A DNA stretch of 64,000 bases from an uncultured Verrucomicrobiota bacterium (GCA_903825435.1 CAIKAP010000097.1:10547-74546), one strand, 5' to 3'; shown: positions 49,586-59,634, counted from the first letter of the stretch. Made by a program: numbers and translations. Notes: generated from the sequence alone by a model not told the origin.

Positions 49586-51532
49586 TTATGCTTTCTTGTC
49601 GTTGTCGTCAACGACTTCGAAATCGGCGTCCACGACCTTGCCGTCCTTCGGGGCTTCGGCCCCCTTCGGCGGTTCGTCGGACTTGGTCTCGTCCTTAGGC
49701 GCTTCATCTTCCTTCGGGCGGACCTTGGCGTAAATGTCGGCGGACACGGCGTGCCACGCCTTCGTCAACTCTTCCTCGGCGCTCTTCAACGTGTCGGCGT
49801 CGTCGCCCTTAAGGGCTTCGCGCGCCTTCGCGATGGCGGCTTCGAGTGAGGACTTGTGGTCGGCGGTAAGTTTGTCGGCCAATTCCTTGATCTGCTTCTC
49901 GGTGTTGTACACCAGCGTATCGCAATGGTTTCGTAGTTCGATCTTCTCGCGCGCCTTCTTGTCTTCCTCGGCGTGCGCCTCGGCGTCGCTCTGCATCTTC
50001 TGGACTTCTTCTTTCGAGAGACCGCTTGATGCCGTAATCGTGATCTTCTGCGACTTGCCGGTGCCGAGGTCCTTGGCACTGACGTGGAGGATGCCGTTCG
50101 CGTCAATGTCGAACGTCACCTCGATCTGCGGCAGTCCGCGCGGTGCGGGCGGAATCTCGGTGAGATGGAAACGACCGAGCGACTTGCAGTCGCGCGCCAT
50201 CTCGCGTTCGCCTTGCAGTACGTGGATCTCCACGCTGGTCTGGCTGTCGGCGGCGGTGGAAAAGATTTCGCTCTTGCGAGTCGGGATCGTGGTGTTACGC
50301 GGGATCAACGGTGTGCGGACGCCGCCGAGGGTCTCGACGCCGAGCGTGAGCGGCGTGACGTCGAGCAACACGATGTCTTGCTTGACCTGGCCGGTGAGGA
50401 CGCCGCCTTGAATCGCGGCGCCGACGGCAACGACTTCGTCGGGATTGACGCCTTGATGCGGCGCTTTGCCAATGAGTTTGCGGGCGGCTTCGATCACCTT
50501 CGGCATGCGGGTCATGCCGCCGACGAGGACGAGTTCATCAATTTTATCCATCGTGATCTTGCCATCGCGCAGGCAGTTCTCGACGGGCTTGATGGTGCGC
50601 TCGACGAGCGTGTCGCAAAGCTGTTCGAGCTTGGCGCGCGTGAGTTTCTTGACGATGTGCTTCGGCCCGGTGGCGTCGGCGGTGACGAACGGGAGGTTGA
50701 TCTCGTATTCCATCGCGCTGGAAAGCGCGATCTTCGCCTTCTCGGATTCTTCTTTGATGCGTTGGAGGGCGTCGGCCTGTTTCTTCAGGTCAATGCCATT
50801 CTCCTTCTTGAAGTCGTCGATGATCCAGTTCATCACCGCTTCGTCGAAGTCGTCGCCGCCGAGGTGGGTGTCGCCATTGGTGGCGAGCACTTCGAAGACG
50901 CCTTCGCCGATGGAGAGTACCGAGATATCGAACGTTCCGCCACCGAGGTCGTACACGGCAATGTGCTCGTCCTTCTTCTTGTCGAGGCCATAGGCCAGCG
51001 AGGAAGCGGTCGGTTCATTGATGATGCGGAGCACTTCAAGGCCTGCGATCTTGCCAGCGTCCTTCGTAGCCTGGCGTTGGGCGTCGTTGAAATAGGCGGG
51101 TACGGTGATGACGGCCTTTTCGATTTTCTCGCCGAGGTAGGCTTCGGCGTCAGACTTCATCTTCGCAAGGATCATCGCGGAGATTTCGGGCGGAGAAAAT
51201 GTCTTCGTCTCGCCGCCGACCTGGACGCGCACGTGTGCGTCGCCGTTGGCGGCGCGCACGACGTCGTAGGGGACGCGTTTGCGTTCCTGTTCGACTTCTT
51301 CGTACTTGCGGCCCATGAACCGCTTGATGGAGTAGACGGTGTTCTTCGGGTTGACGACCGACTGTCGTTTCGCCGCCTGGCCGACAACGCGCTCGCCGGA
51401 CTTCGTGAAGCCGACGACTGATGGCGTCGTCCGGCCACCTTCCGCATTGGCGATGACGACGGGTTCGCCGCCTTCCACCACCGCCATGCAGGAGTTGGTC
51501 GTACCGAGATCAATACCTAAAACTTTTGACAT
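49586..51532 (-). CDS. dnaK: Chaperone DnaK
   Basis: [42 protein letters not shown] tail. Confidence 0.98.
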   Translation of the reverse strand: MSKVLGIDLGTTNSCMAVVEGGEPVVIANAEGGRTTPSVVGFTKSGERVVGQAAKRQSVVNPKNTVYSIKRFMGRKYEEVEQERKRVPYDVVRAANGDAHVRVQVGGETKTFSPPEISAMILAKMKSDAEAYLGEKIEKAVITVPAYFNDAQRQATKDAGKIAGLEVLRIINEPTASSLAYGLDKKKDEHIAVYDLGGGTFDISVLSIGEGVFEVLATNGDTHLGGDDFDEAVMNWIIDDFKKENGIDLKKQADALQRIKEESEKAKIALSSAMEYEINLPFVTADATGPKHIVKKLTRAKLEQLCDTLVERTIKPVENCLRDGKITMDKIDELVLVGGMTRMPKVIEAARKLIGKAPHQGVNPDEVVAVGAAIQGGVLTGQVKQDIVLLDVTPLTLGVETLGGVRTPLIPRNTTIPTRKSEIFSTAADSQTSVEIHVLQGEREMARDCKSLGRFHLTEIPPAPRGLPQIEVTFDIDANGILHVSAKDLGTGKSQKITITASSGLSKEEVQKMQSDAEAHAEEDKKAREKIELRNHCDTLVYNTEKQIKELADKLTADHKSSLEAAIAKAREALKGDDADTLKSAEEELTKAWHAVSADIYAKVRPKEDEAPKDETKSDEPPKGAEAPKDGKVVDADFEVVDDNDKKA

Positions 51533-51579
51533 AATCTTGTTGGTTCCTCTCTATGCACAGATTGCCTGTCATTTGTTTA

Positions 51580-51596
51580 AGCTATGCCTGTGCCAG
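51580..51596 (-). promoter_or_regulatory. Putative sigma54 (-24/-12) promoter for dnaK-groES-groEL
   Basis: Minus strand CTGGCAC-AGGCA-TAGC: GG-N10-GC spacing, one mismatch to TGGCAC-N5-TTGC. Confidence 0.6.
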
Positions 51597-51671
51597 CGGA
51601 ATCTAATTTTTGTAACAAACACCGGCAGAAGACTTTGGTGTAAACTGCCGGTTGTGCCGTGCCCACTTACT

Positions 51672-51718
51672 TGTCACAGTTTCCCCCGCAAACTGTGCCA
51701 GACGCGCCACAGTGACAC
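51672..51718. promoter_or_regulatory. Inverted repeats, candidate enhancer (bEBP) sites
   Basis: TGTCACAGTTT-N7-AAACTGTGCCA and CGCCA-CAG-TGACA, about 80-120 bp upstream of the -24 box. Confidence 0.45.
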
Positions 51719-51727
51719 ACCAAGGTG

Positions 51728-52813
51728 CTACGTCAACTTAAACCCAAGCGCCGCGCACTTCGCCCGCAAACCGTTGCATGCTGTGCGCAACACCAGCGTT
51801 GTGTTGAAAAACTCCCGACGCACCGGATACTCGGCCCGCAGCTTGTCGAAATGTTTCGGGTTTGCCCGCAACGCCGCGTCATCGCTGTTGATCGCGTACA
51901 CTTGACGGATCACACGCCGCAACACATCCTCGTCGTCCTCGCCGGAGGCGACTGTCACTTCGATGTGCGGCATCGGCGGCGACGGAAGCTGAGGCTGCCA
52001 GGCCGGAACAAAACCGGAACATTTGCAGGCGGCCTCGTAAATCATTCGCGTGCCGTTGACCTTGCCGTCGAAGCTGTAGCCGGCGATGTGCGGAGTGCCG
52101 ATGTCTACCTTCTCCAACAGTTCAGGCAACAAATTCGGTTCGCCCTCCCACACGTCGAGCACCAGACCGTCGAGCTTCGCGGTGAGCAGTGCCGTGTTGT
52201 CAAGCACGGCGCCGCGCGAGGAATTGATGAGAATCCCGCGACGCGGTTCCAGTAGGTGAAACGTCGCATCCGTCCCGGATTTCGTCAGCGGCACGTGTAA
52301 CGTGATGATGTCGGCCTCCGCGACGACACGGTCAAGCGACACGAATGGTCCGCCCTCGGCGCGCTGGCGTGGTGGATCGTTTTGTAGCACCCGCATTCCC
52401 AGCGCCTCGGCGTAGCGGACGACCTTGCTGCCGACGTTGCCGACGCCGACGACGCCGAGCGTTCGCTCGCGGAGCCGGAACCCGGGCCGTTCGGCCAGCT
52501 CCAGCATCGCGGCGACGATGTATTCGGCCACTGAGTTCGCGTTGCTACCGGCGGCGTTGGAGAAACTGATTCCGTGGGCGGTGAGGTAGGGGAGGTCAAT
52601 GTGGTCAAACCCGATCGTCGCCGTGGCGACAAACTTCACGCGGCTGCCGTCGAGCAGCGCGGCGTTGACGGGCGTGACGGAGCGCACCAGCAACAGGTCG
52701 GCGTCACGTATGGCGGCGGCGGTCATCTGGCGGCCGGGGACGAGTGAGACTTCGCCCAGCGGGTCGAACGCCTCGCGGACATACGGGATGTTGGGGTCGG
52801 CAACGATCTTCAT
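51728..52813 (-). CDS. pdxB: Erythronate-4-phosphate dehydrogenase
   Basis: MKIVADPNIP, LLVRSVT, TATIGFDH, GVGNVG, DVWEGEP, TPHIAGYS, FDKLRAEYPVRREF. Confidence 0.95.
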   Translation of the reverse strand: MKIVADPNIPYVREAFDPLGEVSLVPGRQMTAAAIRDADLLLVRSVTPVNAALLDGSRVKFVATATIGFDHIDLPYLTAHGISFSNAAGSNANSVAEYIVAAMLELAERPGFRLRERTLGVVGVGNVGSKVVRYAEALGMRVLQNDPPRQRAEGGPFVSLDRVVAEADIITLHVPLTKSGTDATFHLLEPRRGILINSSRGAVLDNTALLTAKLDGLVLDVWEGEPNLLPELLEKVDIGTPHIAGYSFDGKVNGTRMIYEAACKCSGFVPAWQPQLPSPPMPHIEVTVASGEDDEDVLRRVIRQVYAINSDDAALRANPKHFDKLRAEYPVRREFFNTTLVLRTACNGLRAKCAALGFKLT

Positions 52814-52900
52814 AGCGGGAAATGTAGCAGCGATTTTGGCATTTGACGATGTTCAAGGTGGCGGGTAAGCTGCGCCCCACTTTTTGCGAAGGGAAAAATT

Positions 52901-54646
52901 ATGTTCATAGCTCACGGAGAAAAAGTTCGGAAACATTCACGGTGGATTCTGGGCGGGATCTTGGTCCTGCTCATTCCCGGCTTCATCATGCTCTTCACGC
53001 AGACCAGCAGCCGCGAACGGCGCGAGGAAGACATGCCGACGTTGCGCGGTAAACCAATTCCCGCCGCCGAGTACGAGAACGTTCGCCAAGACCTGCGCGA
53101 CCAGTACTACATCAGCACCGGACGCGACCTGCCCCAGACGTCGCAGCTGCAGGATGAATTGAAACGCCAAGTCGTGATTCGCCTCCTCCAATTGCGCAAG
53201 GCCCGCGAGCTTGGCATCCGCGCGCCCGACGACGTGTTCGAACAATGGATCCGCAGCCATCCGATCTTCCGTAACGAACGCGGCCAGTTCGACGGCGACC
53301 GTTACCGCCGGTTCATGATCATGCTCAACAACCATCGCATCTCCGAGGGCCGTTTCCTTGAAATCATGCGCGAGGACTTCATCCTTGGCCAGTTACGCGA
53401 CTGGATCGTCGCCGGTGCGAAGGCCACGCCGCAGGAAGTCCAGCTCAACTACGGCCCGATGCATGAGAAGCTCACCATTGACCTCGTCCAGTTCGACATG
53501 GCCGATAACAAAACCACCATCACCGTTTCCGATGCCGACGCCGAGGCTTACTATAAGACGCGAAAAGACACCTTCCGAAAACCCGCCCTCGTAAAAGTTC
53601 GCTACGCCTTCTTCTCGCTCAACGAACTCAAGAAGACTGTCAAAGTTCCCGCCGCCGACGTGGACGCCTTCTACGACGAAAATCGTCCCCGATACCCCCA
53701 AGTCGTCCTCCTCGCCACCAACATCACCGCTGGCGTCACCAACATCGTCACCAGCGTCAATAGTAACGCGCTGGCCACCGTCAAAGCCGACATTCGCGAC
53801 ACCCTCGCCGCCCTTGCCGCCCGCCGCCAAGCCGGCGAACTCGCCCAGCAACTTGCCGTCAAACTCGTTCCCGAAACCGGTGGTCCTCGTCTTGACTTCA
53901 CCAAGACCGCCACCGCCATGAACGCCGTCGTCAAAGAGACCGGCTACTTCTCCCAAGGCGACACCGTCCCCGGCGTCAACGGAAGCGCCTTCTTCGAAAC
54001 CGCCTTCTGGCTCGCCCGCCGTCCCGAGCCGCCGTTCAGCGACGCCATCGAATGTTCCGACGGCTGCTATGTCCTCGAATACCTCGACGGCAAACCGGCC
54101 CGCATCCCAGACTTCGCCGAAGTCAAACAACAGGTCGTTGACCGGCTCAAGACTGAGCGCCGCTACGAAGCCACCCTCCAGCAAGGCCGCGCAGCGCTCG
54201 ACAAACTCCGCCCGTTGCTCGTCACCGGCAAGACCTTCTCCAACACCTGTGCCGAACTCAAACTAAAGATTGACACCTACGGTCCATTCACTGCCTCCGA
54301 TCAGGACTTTGCCGCGCCCGCCGCCGCCCGCATCCAACAAGCGGCCATCGGCATGGCTGTCGGCACCGTCAGCGAATTCATAGCCACTTCCGTTGGTGGC
54401 GAGTTCTTCTTCCTGCGCGAACGCCGTCCTCCCGAAGCGGCCGCCTTCGAGGCCGACCGTGCCAGCATCACCGAGCAAGTTCTCACCCGTAACCGTCGTG
54501 CCCTCTACGATAGCTGGCTCCAGACATTGTTGCAGGAAGAACAAGTCAACTTCGGCAAACCGCGAGCCGTGGCGCCCGCGCCCGCCGCCGAACCGGAAGA
54601 AGAGCCTAGCGAATCGCAGCCCGCGCCGACAAAACCAACGCGCTGA
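52901..54646 (+). CDS. SurA/PpiD-like membrane-anchored periplasmic chaperone
   Basis: N-terminal TM; FRNERGQFDGDRY, AEAYY...F.KP..VKV.Y, FAEVKQQV typical of the PpiD SurA-N region. Confidence 0.75.
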   Translation: MFIAHGEKVRKHSRWILGGILVLLIPGFIMLFTQTSSRERREEDMPTLRGKPIPAAEYENVRQDLRDQYYISTGRDLPQTSQLQDELKRQVVIRLLQLRKARELGIRAPDDVFEQWIRSHPIFRNERGQFDGDRYRRFMIMLNNHRISEGRFLEIMREDFILGQLRDWIVAGAKATPQEVQLNYGPMHEKLTIDLVQFDMADNKTTITVSDADAEAYYKTRKDTFRKPALVKVRYAFFSLNELKKTVKVPAADVDAFYDENRPRYPQVVLLATNITAGVTNIVTSVNSNALATVKADIRDTLAALAARRQAGELAQQLAVKLVPETGGPRLDFTKTATAMNAVVKETGYFSQGDTVPGVNGSAFFETAFWLARRPEPPFSDAIECSDGCYVLEYLDGKPARIPDFAEVKQQVVDRLKTERRYEATLQQGRAALDKLRPLLVTGKTFSNTCAELKLKIDTYGPFTASDQDFAAPAAARIQQAAIGMAVGTVSEFIATSVGGEFFFLRERRPPEAAAFEADRASITEQVLTRNRRALYDSWLQTLLQEEQVNFGKPRAVAPAPAAEPEEEPSESQPAPTKPTR

Positions 54647-55280
54647 ACAACTGCTCGCACTGCGTCATCCTCTCCGGGTGGAACTGCACCCCGACGAAGA
54701 ACCGCGCCCCCGGTATCATCGCCGCTTCGATGACGCCGTCGTCGGCCCGTGCCACCACTTCCAGCGGCGCCGCGACCTGTCCCACCGCTTGGTGATGCGT
54801 TGAGTTTACCATCCGGCATCCGCACAACCGGCGCGTCCACCTGATGCCGTGTGTCGTCGCAAGTCGGTGATTGGAAATGTCCGGCAACAATGTCCCACCG
54901 AGCGCCACGTTCATTACCTGAAGTCCCCGACAGATCCCCAACAGCGCGATGTCCCGCTCGACAATTTTCCGCACTAGGAACATCTCCATTTCATCGCGCA
55001 CCGCGTCCACCCCCGACAATGTTCGCCGCTCCGTCGCCGTAAGCTTGCGCCCGTACGCGCCCGACACTTCAGTGAAATCGCCACCACCGGTCAATAAAAA
55101 GCCGTGACAGAGTTGAAAGAACGGCTCCAGTGCCGACCGCTCTTTCGTCAACGGCAGCACCACGGCCACGCCGCCCGCGCGTTCCACTGCCTGCGAGTAC
55201 GACACGCCGCAGAACCCGCCGCGTCCATGCGTGCGTTCGAGTGTGACCGCTTCCGGTGTAATGCCGATGATCGGTTTCAT
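54606..55280 (-). CDS. Gamma-glutamyl-GABA hydrolase family (peptidase C26)
   Basis: MKPIIGIT, LLTGGGD, LGICRGLQVMNVALGGTL, NSTHHQA, GVQFHPE. Confidence 0.9.
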   Translation of the reverse strand: MKPIIGITPEAVTLERTHGRGGFCGVSYSQAVERAGGVAVVLPLTKERSALEPFFQLCHGFLLTGGGDFTEVSGAYGRKLTATERRTLSGVDAVRDEMEMFLVRKIVERDIALLGICRGLQVMNVALGGTLLPDISNHRLATTHGIRWTRRLCGCRMVNSTHHQAVGQVAAPLEVVARADDGVIEAAMIPGARFFVGVQFHPERMTQCEQLFSALVLSARAAIR

Positions 55281-55358
55281 GGCGTCAGAATACCACGTCA
55301 TGCCAAGAATACTCAATTTCCTGAATGGTTTGTTTCGGCTGCCGTTGCGATAAGAAAT

Positions 55359-55530
55359 GAGGCGCGATTTCAATATCTTGATTGCGAGTTCCCGGTTCTG
55401 GTGCTGGCTGCGCTCGGATTGGCATTGGACGATGATACCGGTCGGGGCGTGCGTCATGCGGTTCCATCTTCGATTTGATTTCGGCGACGCCGTCAACGGA
55501 GGCGACCGAAGTGTGCCGTCGCATCGAGCA
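55359..55530 (-). pseudogene. prfB: Degenerate fragment of peptide chain release factor 2
   Basis: RRHTSVASVDGVAEI (cf. RF2 RRHTSFASV) and, in another frame, RMTHAPTGIIVQCQSERSQHQNRELAIKILKSRL; the intervening GGQ segment is absent. Confidence 0.75.
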
Positions 55531-55682
55531 CGGATCGGTAAGGATTCGGGTTTGCGGAGGGATCGTGAATCGTACTCGGTACCGACATTAGTTCGGACAT
55601 TGACAATACGCTGGCTTTCGTTAAGGATGCTGCCATGCAAGCGGGATTGGGAGAACTTTCTGTAACCTGCGGCTCGCCGCGA

Positions 55683-55786
55683 GCTGTTCCGCTGTTCCGC
55701 TGTTCCGCTGTTCCGCTGTTCCGCTGTTCCGCTGTTCCGCTGTTCCGCTGTTCCGCTGTTCCGCTGTTCCGCTGTTCCGCTGTTCC
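55683..55786. repeat. Perfect simple sequence repeat (GCTGTTCC) x13
   Basis: 104 bp of uninterrupted 8-mer. Confidence 0.97.
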
Positions 55787-55801
55787 GCAATGATTGTGCC
55801 A
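55787..55801 (-). promoter_or_regulatory. Perfect sigma54 -24/-12 consensus abutting the SSR
   Basis: Minus strand TGGCAC-AATCA-TTGC. Confidence 0.5.
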
Positions 55802-55857
55802 CGGTAGAATCTCTCCCGGTTTTGCAAGCCGATTCTTTTCCGACCGGCACCCGTGCC

Positions 55858-56067
55858 ACCGACAAGGTTTTATCCATGACGGATAAGACCTTCTCCGTCG
55901 CACCGGTAACCTTCGGCGGCTTGGACAAGCCTTTCTCCACGACGGACAAGACCTTCTCGATGACGGACAAGCCTTTGTCCGGGGCAGAGAAGACTTTCTC
56001 CGTCATAGACAAGCCTTTGTCGGTCGCAAATAAGCCTTTCTCCGTCACGGAGAAGACCTTCTTTGCC
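55858..56067. repeat. Ten tandem degenerate 21-bp units with internal dyad symmetry
   Basis: Consensus about ACGGA(C/G)AAG-nc-(C/T)TT(C/G)TCCGT-n; open in both directions as heptads DKxFSVT / EKxLSVT. Confidence 0.9.
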
Positions 56068-56496
56068 ACGGACAAGAACAACAAGCGCGACGCGCTCATC
56101 GGATTGCTGCGTCAGCTTGCCGGTTACGTCCAGCAGAACTGCAAGAACGACTTGGCCACATTGTTGTCCAGCGGGTTCGAGGCGGTCAGCACAAGCCACG
56201 CGCAAACCGCGTTGGCCGTGCCGAGCATCGTCAGCGTGGACAACGGCAACAGCGGTCAATTACTGGTGAAGGTCAAACCGGTTGCCAACGCCAAGTGCTA
56301 CGAAGTGCGGTATGCAGCAGTACCGGCAGGCCAAGCACCGGGCGCGTGGCAGAGCGGCAGCCTGTTCACCAACTCTCGCTCCATGCCGCTCAACGGCCTC
56401 ACCCCCGGCACGAATTACACCATCGAAGCGCGCGCCGTCGGCGGCTCGACCAGCTACAGCGACTGGAGTGCCCCCACCAGCCACATGAGTTTGTAA
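56068..56496 (+). pseudogene. Helical + fibronectin type III domain protein, apparently lacking its native N-terminus and in frame with the 21-bp array
   Basis: KRDALIGLLRQLAGYVQ...LLSSGF then YEVRY, LNGLTPGTNYTIEARAVGG, SDWS FN3 signature. Confidence 0.6.
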
Positions 56497-56529
56497 AAAC
56501 CGAAAAAGAAAACCGAAAGGACCAAATCC

Positions 56530-57282
56530 ATGAAAGCATATCAACAAGTAGTTCCAATCCTCATGATCGCATCGGGAATGCTGACCGGTTGCCAGACAGT
56601 AAGTTACGCGCCGCCCCCTCAAACAACTCAAATACAATGTGCGGTTCCGAAAATAGAACGGTTGGCGGAAACTCCGGAAGCTCAGTCGAAAGGCGATTTG
56701 GAAATAGCGATGGTGCCATCGCTTTATAAAGCTGTTCGTGTTGAAAAAATCAATATCAAGCAAACACAGGCATCGATGGGTGAGCAGGTGGCGCTCGGCC
56801 TTACTGGAGGAGCACAGGGACAAGTGTTTGTTGAAAAGATAACATCCACGCAACTCAAGGCACAACCAGCTCGGCTTGAATTCACTGTCCGGATTAACAA
56901 CAAATTGGATCGCGTGTTCCGTGGGCAAGGATCGGTTGTTCAATTCAATGTTGCCGGGAAGCTGGTTCCGTTTGGAAACACCGACTACAAGGAGTTCATT
57001 GGTGGTATAGTGCCTCCGCGTAATGAAACAGAATTCAAGATTTACGGCCCAACCTTGGACATGATTCCCGGAAAATGCACCATTGGCATTTTTCTTTACG
57101 ACGTTGTGACCGCAACGGATGTGGCAGGGAACACAACCGAAAAACAGAACTATGAATGGTATTTCACCTACACCACCGACCACGTTACTGACACAGCTGA
57201 AATTAGGGTGGAGCGCGGTCTTATGCCGATTGAGCAATATCAGCAGTATTTGCGGCAACGGCGTGTTTCGCAGAACCAATAG
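56530..57282 (+). CDS. Hypothetical lipoprotein
   Basis: Lipobox MLTGC; AAAGGA RBS; low GC. Confidence 0.75.
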   Translation: MKAYQQVVPILMIASGMLTGCQTVSYAPPPQTTQIQCAVPKIERLAETPEAQSKGDLEIAMVPSLYKAVRVEKINIKQTQASMGEQVALGLTGGAQGQVFVEKITSTQLKAQPARLEFTVRINNKLDRVFRGQGSVVQFNVAGKLVPFGNTDYKEFIGGIVPPRNETEFKIYGPTLDMIPGKCTIGIFLYDVVTATDVAGNTTEKQNYEWYFTYTTDHVTDTAEIRVERGLMPIEQYQQYLRQRRVSQNQ

Positions 57283-57291
57283 GGCAATTCT

Positions 57292-59151
57292 ATGAGCAAA
57301 TTACACCGTAGCGCATGGTGGACACCTACGTCCGCCATGCGCGCGGTTGTAATTGCGTCCGCATTGAGTCAATCCGCTGGACCGGGTTTACCGGACGCAA
57401 TGGCAATCAATCCACCGACAACCACGATACCGGGAAATGGCAGTTCGCCGGGAACGCTGGTGAGTTCGTTGACGCCGACCTTTAGCTGGAACCAAGTCAG
57501 TGGGGCGACCGGTTATGGCCTTTACATTCGCGACATGACAGCAGTAGGTGCGTCGCTCATTTATCCGAATGCCAGAGGGACAACGACCACGCCGTTAACA
57601 GGCAGTTCGTTTACAATGCCTGCTGGGATTCTGGCTGCCGGACACGTGTACCGTTGGAATATGACCAGCTTTATTGGTTCGACTGAAAGCACTGGTGTGT
57701 CTGTTGTTCTCTATTTTCAGACGCCTGTGGGCACAACGATTGCGACAACGGTTACACCAAGCACCGGGAATGCACCGGGAACCGTAGCGGTCAATCCACC
57801 GGCGATCACTATGCCGGGAAATGGCCGTTCGCCGGGAACGCCGCTCAATTCGTTGGTGCCGATCTTTAGCTGGCATCCGGTCAGTGGGGCGAGTGGGTAC
57901 GGTCTTTACATCCGCGACATGACAGCACCGGGTATACCGCTCATTTATCCGAATGCCAGCGGGACAACGGCCAGACCGTTAACCGGCAATTCGTTCACAA
58001 TACCTGCCGGGATTTTGACTGTCGGACACGTGTACCGTTGGAACATGACCAGCTTTAACGGTTCAACGGAGAGCACTACAGTTTCTGATGCCCTCTATTT
58101 CCATACACCTGCGGCTACAGCGCCACCTCCAATAGCTACTTCATCTGGCAATAGTAACCCAACGAAAACAGTTACAGCGAGTCCATCGCCCTCGATTCCA
58201 TCCAATAATTCAACGAGTTCAGGAAAAATGCCTTTTGACACAGTCGTTGGCTCCTTCAATGGGGTGACCGCTTATTCAAATGGCTCGGTTACTACTGACA
58301 GCACTGACCGTATTTCTACCGGCCTTAAGTGGCAATGTGTGGAATTCGTCAGGAGGTACTATTCTACTGTTTATGGAATGAACATTGGGGCAGGCGAGAA
58401 TGCCAGCGGATTTTATTCAAGTGCGGCATCTTGGAAACTGGCTAGCTTCCCGAATGGCGGAACTGTTTCTCCCCAAGTTGGCGATATTTTATGTTTTGCA
58501 GGGGGATCAAGTGGCAATGGTCACGTCGCAATTATTACCGGCGTAAGTTCTACCCAAATAACAGTTATTCAGCAGAATGTTACCGAAAGTTCAAGGGATG
58601 CAGCTTTCCCATATCCGATGAGTGTTACCGTTGGAAAATATACAGTGAGCGGATCAACTCTTGGCACTACCTATCATTGCCAAGGATGGTTGAGAAGACC
58701 TGTAGTTAGTGCATCTGCCGAATCGAAGCCATCTCCTACAAGTGCGATTACACAAAAACAAGCCGTTAGTACCCAATCGGCTCCTTCTGGCGTGAATAAA
58801 ACGAGTTCGTCGCCAAGCAGCATCGGAACGGTAAGCAGCACCGTGAAGCCACCAGCCAAGCCGACAGTTACTCCAACTCCACAGGTAGTCCACAAACTTG
58901 TATTGACGGTGCAAGCAAATCCGGAAAATGCGGGCGTTGTGAAAGGAAGTGGAGCGTATGTCGCCGGTAGTTCGCTAACCGTGAGTGCTACGGCGAACAA
59001 TGGTTACGTTTTCGTTTGCTGGATGGAGAAGTGGCAGCGGGTAAGTCAATCGGCTCAATATCAATTCGAACTTAATGGGAACCGCACCTTGGTGGCACAC
59101 TTCCGTCGAATTCGTGACCAGAACAACGAGGGCAGAGTCGAGAAGCGATAG
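57292..59151 (+). CDS. Secreted CHAP-domain protein with two FN3-like repeats, S/T/P linkers and a C-terminal bacterial repeat domain
   Basis: WQCVEFVRRYY...PQVGDIL...GHVAII...IQQN (CHAP Cys/His); C-terminal GSGAY..G..LTVSATANNGYVF..W. Confidence 0.8.
   Translation: MSKLHRSAWWTPTSAMRAVVIASALSQSAGPGLPDAMAINPPTTTIPGNGSSPGTLVSSLTPTFSWNQVSGATGYGLYIRDMTAVGASLIYPNARGTTTTPLTGSSFTMPAGILAAGHVYRWNMTSFIGSTESTGVSVVLYFQTPVGTTIATTVTPSTGNAPGTVAVNPPAITMPGNGRSPGTPLNSLVPIFSWHPVSGASGYGLYIRDMTAPGIPLIYPNASGTTARPLTGNSFTIPAGILTVGHVYRWNMTSFNGSTESTTVSDALYFHTPAATAPPPIATSSGNSNPTKTVTASPSPSIPSNNSTSSGKMPFDTVVGSFNGVTAYSNGSVTTDSTDRISTGLKWQCVEFVRRYYSTVYGMNIGAGENASGFYSSAASWKLASFPNGGTVSPQVGDILCFAGGSSGNGHVAIITGVSSTQITVIQQNVTESSRDAAFPYPMSVTVGKYTVSGSTLGTTYHCQGWLRRPVVSASAESKPSPTSAITQKQAVSTQSAPSGVNKTSSSPSSIGTVSSTVKPPAKPTVTPTPQVVHKLVLTVQANPENAGVVKGSGAYVAGSSLTVSATANNGYVFVCWMEKWQRVSQSAQYQFELNGNRTLVAHFRRIRDQNNEGRVEKR
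57403..58110 (+). repeat. Intragenic direct repeat, two 324-bp copies (57403-57726, 57787-58110)
   Basis: Near-identical DNA and protein (..TFSW..VSGA.GYGLYIRDMTA..YRWNMTSF..). Confidence 0.9.
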
Positions 59152-59194
59152 TGACATTAAACGTGAGAAAAGGAACAAACGAAAGGAAAGTAAT

Positions 59195-59578
59195 ATGGCA
59201 GACAAAGTAATGAACAGTAGAACCTCGCTGGGTAGCGATGAGGTTATCAGTCAGGCAGTGCAAGCTTTCACTGCCGGTAAATTCAGGACATCCAGTCAGT
59301 CGGGACGAATCGCAACATTTGACGGGATGCCGCCGATTCCATGGTTCATGCTGTTGCTGACGATCCTTGGATTCCTGTTTTGCGTGATACCGGGGATAAT
59401 CATGTATTTCCTGGTTATTCGGAAGATGCGCCGGTTTCACAGCCTGGTGGTGACTGTCAGCCCTGTGCCCGGTGGTACTGATGTATCTGTGAAATATCCG
59501 GATTGGGCTGGGAATACTGTGCAGCGTTTCATGAATTCTCTCCCGAAAGCGCAAGCAGATTTACCACCGCGCTTATGA
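59195..59578 (+). CDS. Small membrane protein
   Basis: GAAAGGA RBS; hydrophobic hairpin LLTILGFLFCVIPGIIMYFL. Confidence 0.7.
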   Translation: MADKVMNSRTSLGSDEVISQAVQAFTAGKFRTSSQSGRIATFDGMPPIPWFMLLLTILGFLFCVIPGIIMYFLVIRKMRRFHSLVVTVSPVPGGTDVSVKYPDWAGNTVQRFMNSLPKAQADLPPRL

Positions 59579-59590
59579 TTGGGATTCCTA

Positions 59591-59634
59591 CCTCGGCCAA
59601 TAGGGCGACGCATTAGCGTCGCCCTTGGCCGAGG
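59591..59634. repeat. Long hairpin with a core resembling the REP at 1142
   Basis: CCTCGGCCAA-T-AGGGCGACGC-ATTA-GCGTCGCCCT-TGGCCGAGG. Confidence 0.65.

Noticed and set aside
55683..56067. Possible CRISPR array
   Set aside because: Tandem units without unique spacers, and no cas genes in the window
54606..56099. 497-aa ORF fusing heptad repeats, SSR translation, an RF2 fragment and the C26 hydrolase
   Set aside because: It runs through stop-poor repeats and a pseudogene. The hydrolase has a typical family start (MKPIIGIT) at 55280, so the fusion is probably coincidental
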